A stretch of DNA of 64,000 bases, taken from positions 799-64,798 of the forward strand of contig CAVUEC010000012.1 of NCBI GenBank assembly GCA_963740415.1, read 5' to 3'. Source of the stretch: Candidatus Eiseniibacteriota bacterium (lineage in GTDB: Bacteria > Eisenbacteria > RBG-16-71-46 > SZUA-252). The notes under the pieces are model-generated. The model was not told the origin of the DNA. It worked only from the letters and a program-made list of their open reading frames with translations, and searched no databases. Position 1 is the first letter of the stretch, and each line of letters begins with the position of its first letter. Shown piece by piece: positions 31,333 through 40,180 of the stretch. The position numbers and the translations under genes were made by a program.

Positions 31333-32255
31333 GCGGCTCGATCGATTTCTAGCGGAAGCCGAGCGATCGCTCTCCCGCTCGGCGGTCCGGCAGCTCATCG
31401 ACTCGGGCCACGTGCGGTTGAACGACGCGCCGGCGCGGGCCAGCCGCCGCGTGCGCGAGGGCGACCGCGTCGAGGTCGTTCGCCCCCGCCGCGCGCCGCA
31501 GGCGCTCCTGCCCGAGCCGATCCCCCTCGATGTCGTCTACGAGGACGAAGTCCTCGCGGTGATCGCCAAGCCCGCGGGCATGGTGGTTCACCCCGCCGTG
31601 GGACACAGGAGCGGGACGATGGTTCACGCGCTCCTCCACCGCTTCGGCGTCCTTCCGGATGGGAACGGGGCCGAGCGCGCCGGGATCGTCCATCGACTCG
31701 ACAAGGGAACGTCCGGGCTTCTCCTGGTGGCCCGCACCGACGAAGCACACCGGGAGCTGGCACGGCAGATCGAGGCGCGCGAGGTGAAGCGGATGTACCG
31801 CGCGCTCGTCTGGGGGCACCCGCAGAGAGAAGGAAGGACGGATCGAGGCCGCCCTCGCGCGTAGCCCCAGGGATCGGAAGAAGATCGCCGTGGTCACGCG
31901 GGGGGGCCGGAGCGCCGCCACGCGCTTCCGCGTCGTCCGCTCCTACGATTACCTTTCCGAGATGCAGTTGACTCTCGAAACGGGACGCACTCACCAGATT
32001 CGCGTCCACCTCGCGCACCGGGGGCACCCGGTCTTCGCCGATCCGGAATACGGGGGTCGCCGCGGGCCCTTGATGAAGCTTCCGCCGGCGCGCCGGGCCC
32101 AGGCCGCGCTCCTCCTGGCCGATCTGGATCACCAGGCGCTCCACGCGGAGACGCTGGGATTTGTCCACCCCGTGACCGGAAAACCCATGGAGTTCACCCA
32201 GCCGGTGCCACCCGATTTCGAAGCGGTGCTCCGCGTCCTGCGATGCGAGTCCTAG
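31253..32255 (+). CDS. rluD: RluA-family pseudouridine synthase with S4 domain (frameshift near 31840)
   Basis: ERLDRFL, KPAGMVVHP, GIVHRLDKGTSG, LETGRTHQIRVH, QALHAETLGF; start uncertain. Confidence 0.9.
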
Positions 32256-32692
32256 GCGTGGATTTTGGGCTACGCAGGATCGGTCTCGCGTTGAGCGACC
32301 CGGGCGAAGTCGTGGCCACGCCCTTGAAGAGCCTCGTCCTCTCGAGCGTTCGAAACGCGCCCGCCGCCGTGGCCGCGGCCGCGCGCGAGGCAGAGGCCGA
32401 AGCCGTTGTGGTCGGTGTTCCGCTCGGGCTCGAGGGCGAGGAAGCGCGCACCGAGGTCCGACGTGTCGAGCGGTTTGCCACGGCGCTGCGCCGTGAGCTG
32501 GGCCTCCCCGTCCACCTGGTCGACGAGAGCTTCTCCTCCAGGGAGGCTGAGGACCTGGCCCCAGGAGGCCCTGGCGGCGAAGGCCGGGCCAAGCGCCGCG
32601 GCCCGGGCAGCGATTCCCATGCCGTGGCGGCCGCGGTCATCCTCCAACGTTGGCTCGATCGCCCCCGGCGACCCGGGAAGGGCGGTACTAGC
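32243..32692 (+). CDS. ruvX: RuvX/YqgF nuclease (reads in-frame into mltG)
   Basis: VLGVDFGLRRIGLALSD, VVVGVP, LVDESFSS, AAAVILQRWLD; no stop before mltG. Confidence 0.88.
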
Positions 32693-34003
32693 TTGAGGCG
32701 CAAGCACCGGATCCGCCGAACCCTGATTCTCGGCGGGATCGTCGGGATCATCGTCCTGGCCGGCATCCTTCTCTTCCCGGCCAGCCTGACCAAGAACTTC
32801 GAGATGCGCGAGGTCAACATCCCCAAGGGCGCGTCGATCGAGGCGATCGCCGCCATCCTCCAGCACGAGGGCCTGGTGGGGAACACGCGTCTCTTCGTGC
32901 TCGCGGCCCGGGTGCTGGGATACGACCGGAATCTCCAGGCCGGCCGGTTCTCGATCCCCGTGGGGTCCAGCACCTATCGCATTCTCCACCAGCTCGCGAA
33001 GGGAATGTCCGCCTCGGACATGGTGACCGTGCCCGAGGGGCTTCGAGTGGAGCAGATCGGGGACATTCTGTACCGCGGCGCAAAGATCGACCCGGTCCGG
33101 TTCCTCGCGCTCGTGAACGATTCCATCTTCGTCCGCACGCTCGGGGTCCCGTCGAACCGCCTGGAGGGGTACCTCTTTCCCGACACCTATCCCTTCTATC
33201 CGCTCCTCAGCCCGCAGGAGGTCCTCCGGATGATGAGCGAGCGGAGCCTGCGCGTATTCGGGGAGGAGATGGCGCTTCCCGGGGCAAAGCTGGGCCTGAC
33301 CCTTCACCAGCTTGTGACCCTCGCTTCCATCGTGGAGGCTGAGGCTCAGGCGTCTTCGGAGCGGCCAAGAATCGCGGCCGTCTTCTACAACAGGCTGCGC
33401 CAGGGTATGATGTTGCAATCGGATCCGACGGTTTCCTATGCCATGGGAATTTGGCGCAATCGGGTCTATTACCGGGATCTCGACGTGAAATCACCCTACA
33501 ACACGTATCGAAACCGCGGGCTTCCTCCGGGCCCGATTTGCAGTCCGGGGCGGGGCGCGTTTCACGCGGTTTTGTTCCCGCTCCCGGATTCCACCGAGCT
33601 CTATTTCGTCGCCCGGGGCGACGGCACCCACATCTTCTCCAAGAGCTGGGAAGCCCACCTGAGGGCCATCGCCATGGTCCGCGCGCAGGCCCGGCGCGAA
33701 TCCACCTTGGTGCCGATGGGCCCAGGCTTCTCCCGCGAGCCCGCGGTCATGGGTCCCCCCTGGCCGCCTGTGGAGCCGAAGGCGGCGGGCGCCAAGGGCG
33801 CGGGCGCGCCGGCGAAGAAGGGCGCGGCTACCGCCGGGGCAGGCACCACAAAGAAGAGCGCGACGGGGGCCCCAACTGGGAAGAAGGCCGCCTCGGAAAC
33901 CAATCCGAAACGAACCTCCGCGCCCGCCAAGAAGGGCGGGACGTCCACGAAGACGTCCACGAAGAAGACCGCTCCGGACTCCACATCGAGAGGGGGCCCT
34001 TGA
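32693..34003 (+). CDS. mltG: Endolytic transglycosylase MltG with Lys/Ala/Thr-rich tail
   Basis: N-terminal TM; LEGYLFPDTY, LASIVEAE, LQSDPT, SPYNTY-GLPPGPI. Confidence 0.93.
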   Translation: MRRKHRIRRTLILGGIVGIIVLAGILLFPASLTKNFEMREVNIPKGASIEAIAAILQHEGLVGNTRLFVLAARVLGYDRNLQAGRFSIPVGSSTYRILHQLAKGMSASDMVTVPEGLRVEQIGDILYRGAKIDPVRFLALVNDSIFVRTLGVPSNRLEGYLFPDTYPFYPLLSPQEVLRMMSERSLRVFGEEMALPGAKLGLTLHQLVTLASIVEAEAQASSERPRIAAVFYNRLRQGMMLQSDPTVSYAMGIWRNRVYYRDLDVKSPYNTYRNRGLPPGPICSPGRGAFHAVLFPLPDSTELYFVARGDGTHIFSKSWEAHLRAIAMVRAQARRESTLVPMGPGFSREPAVMGPPWPPVEPKAAGAKGAGAPAKKGAATAGAGTTKKSATGAPTGKKAASETNPKRTSAPAKKGGTSTKTSTKKTAPDSTSRGGP

Positions 34004-34122
34004 GCGATAGTTCTTCAGGTAATTGCAGTTAAAAGAGTTAGAGTCTAGTCGGGTGGAGGTGGATCCCGGAGGCGTGCCTCCCGCGGATCCCAACCCAACC
34101 CATCCCTTGGAGGAGCCTTCCG

Positions 34123-34359
34123 ATGCCCAGCCCCGATGAAGTCCGGAAGCGGCCCAGGCGCGCCGCTGCCGCCAAGGCCAGCGAGCAAGCGGAACCCGAA
34201 ATTCCTTTTGGGGTAAAGAATTACGTCATCTTCGGGGTGGCGGTCCTGGTGATACTGGCCGGGTACCTGGCCCTGTCGAGGGGGTCCATCACCCTCGCCC
34301 CGATCCTGCTTCTGGTTGGATACATGATCCTGGTCCCTTGGGGTATCCTGGCGAAATGA
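34123..34359 (+). CDS. DUF3098-like small membrane protein
   Basis: PFGVKNY...ILAGYLALS...SITLAPILLLVGY; GGAG RBS. Confidence 0.75.
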   Translation: MPSPDEVRKRPRRAAAAKASEQAEPEIPFGVKNYVIFGVAVLVILAGYLALSRGSITLAPILLLVGYMILVPWGILAK

Positions 34360-34362
34360 TGG

Positions 34363-34438
34363 GGGCGAATAGCTCAGCTGGGAGAGCACTTGCCTTACAC
34401 GCAAGGGGTCACAGGTTCGAACCCTGTTTCGCCCACCA
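34363..34438 (+). tRNA. tRNA-Val(TAC)
   Basis: GGGCGAA/TTCGCCC acceptor stem, anticodon arm CTTGC-CTTACAC-GCAAG, GGTTCGAA, CCA end. Confidence 0.97.
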
Positions 34439-34476
34439 AATTTTCGCCTCCGACGCGGCTTAGCGCGTTCTAGTCC

Positions 34477-34505
34477 TTGACTTTGAAGTCCATTATTGGT
34501 AGTAT
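34477..34505 (+). promoter_or_regulatory. sigma70-type promoter for the surface-protein array
   Basis: TTGACT-17 nt-TAGTAT with TGn extension; implies a leader of about 220 nt. Confidence 0.6.
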
Positions 34506-34733
34506 CTTTGAGTGCTCCAGCGGGCGACACATCGCCAGGAAATTTGGCAGTGCGTCCGCGCAGTCTTGTAAGTGACTATTTTGCAACGACATAAAATAGG
34601 ATCAAGATCGAAGAAGATTGCTCGAAAGGAGGTGTTTCTAACCGCCAGGGTGTCACGACTACCACTTTCGTGATTCGAAAAAACCTCTACATCCGTGTGC
34701 TTGTTCGCAGCTGTTGAGACCCTAGGAGGTGTC

Positions 34734-35571
34734 ATGATGTTGAAAGTGGCCAAGCTGGGCATTGCGATCGCAGCTGTTTTGGCATGGATCGTCCCGGCCG
34801 CCTACGCTGGCGTCCCGGATGTTTCGCAATCGTTTTACGTTCCTCAGGCGGGGTCGACGACGGCTCCGTTAGAGGGGGCGTCTTCTCCGAATCCGTCGTT
34901 CCGGTTTTTCCGTGCCTGTCCGAACAATGACGGTGGCGCGAGCTTGCCGAACAACGCTCGGGTCAAGGTTGTGGTTCGGGACGTGAATGGCAACGGGATC
35001 CAGGGAATCGCGGCGGCGGACATTTGCTTGCTGTTCAATGGTGGTACGCCGGCGCAGAGCTTCTCGGGCGTGGGCGCGGACTCGGTGATTGCGAACGCGC
35101 AGTTCAATCAGACGCCTCTGTGTCCGGACGTTCGGTGCGTGCAGGCGGATGACCAGACGGACGCGACGGGAACGGCGTTCATCACGTTCACGGGTTCGAC
35201 CGCTGGGTCGCCGGGCGTGGGGACGCGCAGCTCGCTTCGCAAGTGGGGCCATTACGACATGGAGATTCCGGTGTACGTGTTGGGCTTCAAGATTTCGGGA
35301 CGTTTGACGACGGCGTCCGCGAACGGCACGTATACGCTTCGGATCAAGAACTTCGATTGGACGGGTGGATTGGGCACGGCGTTGAACCAGGGCGAGACGG
35401 TGACGTCCGCGGACTTCAACGGCGTGGCGGTCAACATTGGCGTGGACAACGCGATTTCGTACTGGAAGGACTTTGACTACACGGGCGGTACGGGAGCGGT
35501 TGGAGTCACCGACTTCAACGCGATCTCGCTGCACGTCGGCCACGACTGCGACAGCCCCGAACAACCCGTAA
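34734..35571 (+). CDS. Secreted protein family A, copy 1 (C-terminal dockerin/EF-hand-like repeats)
   Basis: AGGAGG RBS, signal peptide ending AYA; paired NFDWTGG...VTSADF and DFDYTGG...VGVTDF; one extra base near 35558 shifts the paralogous SPNNP* end (track ORF ends 35618). Confidence 0.8.
34791..35571 (+). repeat. About 780-bp near-identical direct repeat, copy 1 (copy 2 at 36751-37530)
   Basis: Matches 36751-37530 from gtcccggccgcctacgctggc onward with roughly ten differences by eye. Confidence 0.92.
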
Positions 35572-35690
35572 TTGTTAGGTACCCCGGCCCTGCCGGGACG
35601 GTCGAAGCTCGGAATTAGCGGGCCGAACTGCCCGGCAGGATTGTACCCGAGCCGCGCGATGGTCGCCGGTCGGACAAGGAGGGATCTGGA

Positions 35691-36343
35691 ATGAAGAATT
35701 GCTTACTGTTTCTCGCGGTTGTGGCGGCGCTGCTGGTCGGAGTCCCCGCCCACAGCCAGTACGTGTTCCTTGATGTCAATGGTGACGGTCTGAGCAGCAC
35801 GGGCGGCCAGAGCCCGGGTCAACACGACGTGCTTGGCCCGGCGACGACCAGCGTCGGCTGTCTATTTCGATACGAACAAGAACCGGGACGGAAGCAACGC
35901 GATCTGCACCGTCGGATGGCAGTCCGTTCACGATGGTCTCGTACGAGTTCACGCTTCTGGCGTCCGGTTCGGGCTCGGTGTCCTACGGCACCTGGACCGA
36001 CAACATGGGCTTTACGATCAAGCTCACGCCGTGCGCCGGGCAGTACTGCTCGTCCGGCCCCGCGCTGTGGCTGGCCTATGGCACGGGCACTGCGGCGTCC
36101 CCCGGCAAGTACAAGGTCGGAACGCTCGCCGTGACGGTTACCGGCACCCCGGTGATCGATGTGGTCCCCGGCTACGTCGCGCTCAGCCCGGTCTCCGAGA
36201 CGGCGTTCGGCTCGGCCTGCTTGGGCGGCGATTTCGACAACACGATCAAGCTCTCGCATGATTTCCAAGATGCGAATGGTACGGAGCCGCCGACGCCGAC
36301 GGTGCCGACGACCTGGGGCAAGATCAAGGATCTGTACCGGTAG
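35691..36343 (+). CDS. Secreted protein family B, copy 1, C-terminal TTWGKIKDLYR (two frameshifts, 35855-35920)
   Basis: Signal peptide then QYVFLDVNGDG; YFDTNKNRDGS and SYEFTL segments lie in successive frames but align with B2 and B3. Confidence 0.78.
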
Positions 36344-36385
36344 TTTGTAATGCCCCACGAACACGTGTGGGGGGTTTGACATAAC

Positions 36386-36424
36386 GAGGGGCGCGCGAGC
36401 CTTCGCGCGCCCCTTGAGTATTTT
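36386..36424 (+). terminator. Intrinsic terminator after B1
   Basis: gaggggcgcgcga-gcct-tcgcgcgcccctt then gagtatttt. Confidence 0.7.
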
Positions 36425-36687
36425 GGCCGCATCATCGGCCTGCTGCGCACCGAAAGAAACACTAGGCGCGCAGCAGGGCGGTTCCGGAGCTCGGGAGGCT
36501 CGGACGGCCGCTACTGGGGTTCACGGGCCCCAGGTTGGGCTTTGGAGGCGTCGATCGGGAGACAGGGCTACACGGTCCGGTCGACGGAATGAGGTTCGAA
36601 TGGCCATGGTCCGCCCGGGACAGGCGGCCCGGCCGATTCGGACACGACCAATGCTGGAGGCTAAGCTTCCAGCGGGGAGGATTCAGA

Positions 36688-37530
36688 ATGCCTGAAAGGT
36701 GGAAATCGTCGTTACTGCTCATCGCGATGGTGGGGATGATCGCGATGGCCGTCCCGGCCGCCTACGCTGGCGTCCCGGATGTTTCGCAATCGTTTTACGT
36801 TCCTCAGGCGGGGTCGACGACGGCTCCGTTAGAGGGGGCGTCTTCTCCGAATCCGTCGTTCCGGTTTTTCCGTGCCTGTCCGAACAATGACGGTGGCGCG
36901 AGCTTGCCGAACAACGCTCGGGTCAAGGTTGTGGTTCGGGACGTGAATGGCAACGGGATCCAGGGAATCGCGGCGGCGGACATCTGCTTGCTGTTCAATG
37001 GTGGTACGCCGGCGCAGAGCTTCTCGGGCGTGGGCGCGGACTCGGTGATTGCGAACGCGCAGTTCAATCAGACCCCTCTGTGTCCGGACGTCCGGTGTGT
37101 GCAGGCGGATGACCAGACGGACGCGACGGGAACGGCGTTCATCACGTTCACGGGTTCGACCGCTGGGTCGCCGGGCGTGGGGACGCGCAGCTCGCTTCGC
37201 AAGTGGGGCCATTACGACATGGAGATTCCGGTGTACGTGTTGGGCTTCAAGATTTCGGGACGTTTGACGACGGCGTCCGCGAACGGCACGTATACGCTTC
37301 GGATCAAGAACTTCGATTGGACGGGTGGATTGGGCACGGCGTTGAACCAGGGCGAGACGGTGACGTCCGCGGACTTCAACGGCGTGGCGGTCAACATTGG
37401 CGTAGACAACGTCATTTCGTACTGGAAGGACTTTGACTACACGGGCGGTACGGGAGCGGTTGGAGTCACCGACTTCAACGCGATCTCGGCGCACGTCGGC
37501 CACGACTGCGACAGCCCCAACAACCCGTAA
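36688..37530 (+). CDS. Secreted protein family A, copy 2
   Basis: GGGGAGG RBS; MPERWKSSLLL signal peptide; mature part almost identical to A1. Confidence 0.85.
   Translation: MPERWKSSLLLIAMVGMIAMAVPAAYAGVPDVSQSFYVPQAGSTTAPLEGASSPNPSFRFFRACPNNDGGASLPNNARVKVVVRDVNGNGIQGIAAADICLLFNGGTPAQSFSGVGADSVIANAQFNQTPLCPDVRCVQADDQTDATGTAFITFTGSTAGSPGVGTRSSLRKWGHYDMEIPVYVLGFKISGRLTTASANGTYTLRIKNFDWTGGLGTALNQGETVTSADFNGVAVNIGVDNVISYWKDFDYTGGTGAVGVTDFNAISAHVGHDCDSPNNP
36751..37530 (+). repeat. About 780-bp near-identical direct repeat, copy 2
   Basis: See 34791-35571; a more diverged third copy lies in 37800-38581. Confidence 0.92.
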
Positions 37531-37586
37531 TGGCGCTGCAGTAAGCAACAGGCGGGGCATCCCCTCCCGCTGCTAGATGCAAGCGA

Positions 37587-37660
37587 GGCTCAGGGTCCTC
37601 CCCCCTCCTAGAGCCAACAAGTCAGGGCGGCAACCCTTTCCGGTTGCCGCCCTTTCCATT
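37587..37660 (+). terminator. Duplicated 3' element with terminator hairpin (copy 1)
   Basis: ggctcagggtcctccccc...agagcc then agggcggcaacc-ctttcc-ggttgccgccct-ttccatt; repeated at 38583-38656. Confidence 0.75.
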
Positions 37661-37744
37661 TTCTCACGCCAACGAGGAACCGAGTCGAGAGGATCGGGGT
37701 CCATGTGAGCACCCGTCGCGACCCCAGGGGAGAGGAGGGCCCGG

Positions 37745-38581
37745 ATGTCTGAGAAGTGGAAATCGTCGTTACGGCTCATCTCGATGGCGTGGCTGACCGC
37801 CGTCCCGTCGGCCGAGGCTGCGGTCCCGTATCCGGCCAATTCGTTTTACGTTCCTCAGGCGGGGTCGACCGCAGCTCCGCTCGAGGGGACCTCCTCGCCG
37901 AATCCCTCGTTCCGGTTCTTCCGTGCCTGTCCGAACAATGACGGAGGCGCGAGCTTGCCGAACAACGCTCGGATCAAGGTCGTGGTGCACGACGCGGCCG
38001 ACAATGGGATCGACAGGATCGCGGCGGCGGACATCTGGCTGCTGTTCAATGGCGGGACTCCGGCCCAGGGCTTCTCGGGCGTGGGCGCGGACTCGGTGAT
38101 TGCGAACGCGCAGTTCAATCAGACGCCGCTGTGTCCGGACGTTCGCTTCGTGCAGGCGGATGCCCCGACGGACATGACGGGGACTACCTTCATCACGTTC
38201 ACGGGATCGACTCTTGGGTCGCCTGGCGTGGGGACGCGCGATCCGTCGCGGAAGTGGGGCCACTACGACACGGAGATTCCGCTGTACGTGCTGGGCTTCA
38301 AGATTTCGGGGCGGTTGACGACGGAGTCCGCGAATGGGACGTACACGCTCCGGATCAAGAATTTCGATTGGACGGGCGGTTTGGGCACGACTCTCAGCCA
38401 GGGCGAAACGGTGACGGCGGCCGACTTCAACGGCGTGGCCGTCGGCATGGGCGTGGACAACGCGATTTCGTACTGGAAGGACTTTGACTACACGGGCGGC
38501 GCGGGAGCGGTGGGAATCACGGACTTCAACGCGATCTCGGCGCACGTCGGCCACGACTGCGATAGCCCCAACAACCCGTAG
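37745..38581 (+). CDS. Secreted protein family A, copy 3
   Basis: GAGGAGG RBS; MSEKWKSSLRL signal; clear paralogue of A1/A2 ending HVGHDCDSPNNP. Confidence 0.85.
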   Translation: MSEKWKSSLRLISMAWLTAVPSAEAAVPYPANSFYVPQAGSTAAPLEGTSSPNPSFRFFRACPNNDGGASLPNNARIKVVVHDAADNGIDRIAAADIWLLFNGGTPAQGFSGVGADSVIANAQFNQTPLCPDVRFVQADAPTDMTGTTFITFTGSTLGSPGVGTRDPSRKWGHYDTEIPLYVLGFKISGRLTTESANGTYTLRIKNFDWTGGLGTTLSQGETVTAADFNGVAVGMGVDNAISYWKDFDYTGGAGAVGITDFNAISAHVGHDCDSPNNP

Positions 38582-38582
38582 G

Positions 38583-38656
38583 GGCTCAGGGTCCTCCCCC
38601 CTCCAGAGCCAGGGGAATCAGGGCGGCAACCCTTTCCGGTTGCCGCCCTTTCCATT
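38583..38656 (+). terminator. Duplicated 3' element with terminator hairpin (copy 2)
   Basis: Same element as 37587-37660, with an identical 12-bp stem. Confidence 0.75.
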
Positions 38657-38668
38657 ATCATCCCCCCG

Positions 38669-39329
38669 ATGCGGCGACCCCTTCTCATAACGGCGATCGT
38701 GGCGGCCCTGGCCCTGGCGGTCGCTCCCGCGCGGCGCCCAGTACATCTTCCTCGACGTGAACGGGGATGGGCTCAACAGCCAGACCGACGGGGCCCTGCC
38801 GCCGGATGGGCTCAGTTCCTCGGTGACCAGCGTCGACGTCTATTACGTGACGGACAAGAACCGGGATGGAAGCGCCGCGGTGTGCGCCACGTCCAGCGAT
38901 CCATTCACGATGAGGTCCTACGAATTCACCCTCCATGCGTCGGGGGAGGGGGCCGTGACCTACGGCGCCTGGACCGATAACGTGGGGTTTGGCTTCGGCC
39001 TCGTGTCGTGCGGGGACGGTGTGGCCTGTTCCCGGGGACAGGACGTCTGGATCGCCAAGGGGAGCAGCCAGCCGCTCTCGCCGCTTTCCCCTGGGACATA
39101 TCGCGTGGGGACGCTCTCGATCGCGGTCACGGGCACCCCGGTGCTGGACGTCGTCACGCGGAGCGTCCCCCTCCCGGCCGCGAGAACTTCTTTCGGATCG
39201 GGATGCCTTGGGAGTAACTTTGTGAACACCGTCTTCCTGGGGGATGATTTCACGGATTCAAACGGCACGGAGGCTCCGGCCCCCGCGCTTGCGACGGTCT
39301 GGGGAAAGATCAAGAGTTTGTATCGGTAG
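38669..39329 (+). CDS. Secreted protein family B, copy 2, C-terminal TVWGKIKSLYR (frameshift near 38730)
   Basis: MRRPLLITAIVAALAL signal; QYIFLDVNGDG, YVTDKNRDGS, SYEFTL, FGSGCLG. Confidence 0.8.
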
Positions 39330-39366
39330 GTCAGGGACGCGCCGGATCAACAGGAGGGAAATCGGA

Positions 39367-40053
39367 ATGAGGAATCGCATACTTCTCAGCGGATGGGAAC
39401 GGCTGCTCGCGGGGTCGCTATTCACGGTGGCCGTGGCGGTAGCAGGGCTCGCCCCTACGGCGTCGGCCCAGTACATGTACCTCGACGCGAACGGCAACGG
39501 CATCCACGACGTCGGGGACAAGATGAACATCAACGGGACGCCGACCGTCGTGGATGTTTACCTGGATACGAATCACAACCGCGATGGCTCGAACGCAACC
39601 TGCGATTCGGGGCCCGAAGAACTCACCATGAACTCCTACGTCGTGCAATTGGCGACATTCCCCTCGACCAGCAAGGTGACCTTCTCGGGATTCGTCAATC
39701 AACAGCCGACGATGACCACCTCGTTCATCGAGGTCATGTCGGACAGCGCCTATCACAACGGGTTCGGGCAGCAGTCCCCGATCGCGGCCGGACTCTACAA
39801 GCTTTGCACGATCACGATCACGGGCCAGTCAGGGTCGCCTAGCATCAACATCGTGGATATTATTCCAGAGGGCACAGCGGACCTCACGTCGTTCGGCGGG
39901 AACTGCTTCGGCAACGACTTCGACAACACGTACAAGCTCGTGGGGGCCAGCGGCATCGGCTCCGACTGGCACGACACCGACGGTCTGGCCTCCGCGGCGG
40001 GAACCCCGGTCGACAAGACCACCTGGGGCAAGATCAAGCAAACCTACCGCTAG
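39367..40053 (+). CDS. Secreted protein family B, copy 3, C-terminal TTWGKIKQTYR
   Basis: AGGAGGG RBS; signal ending ASA-QYMYLDANGNG; YLDTNHNRDGS; FGGNCFGNDFDNT. Confidence 0.85.
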   Translation: MRNRILLSGWERLLAGSLFTVAVAVAGLAPTASAQYMYLDANGNGIHDVGDKMNINGTPTVVDVYLDTNHNRDGSNATCDSGPEELTMNSYVVQLATFPSTSKVTFSGFVNQQPTMTTSFIEVMSDSAYHNGFGQQSPIAAGLYKLCTITITGQSGSPSINIVDIIPEGTADLTSFGGNCFGNDFDNTYKLVGASGIGSDWHDTDGLASAAGTPVDKTTWGKIKQTYR

Positions 40054-40091
40054 GGCACCGCTGTCCCGGTCTCACGCCGGGGTGTGGTCAT

Positions 40092-40133
40092 AGAAGAGGG
40101 GCGCGCGATTCCTCGCTCGCCCCTCTTTCTTTT
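40092..40133 (+). terminator. Intrinsic terminator closing the array
   Basis: agaagaggggcgcgcga-ttcc-tcgctcgcccctctttctttt; left arm related to the B1 terminator. Confidence 0.75.
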
Positions 40134-40180
40134 CCCCGCCTTCCCCGCTCTCTCCCCCCGTTCCCGGAACCCTCCGGCGC

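Noticed and set aside
34791-38581. Diversity-generating retroelement (TR/VR) explanation for the repeats
   Set aside because: Differences between copies are not adenine-specific, the repeats are whole genes, and no reverse transcriptase is present in the window
34363-40133. Integrative element or prophage at tRNA-Val (or at tRNA-Asp 54236)
   Set aside because: No integrase or phage genes and no duplicated tRNA 3' end (att site) seen
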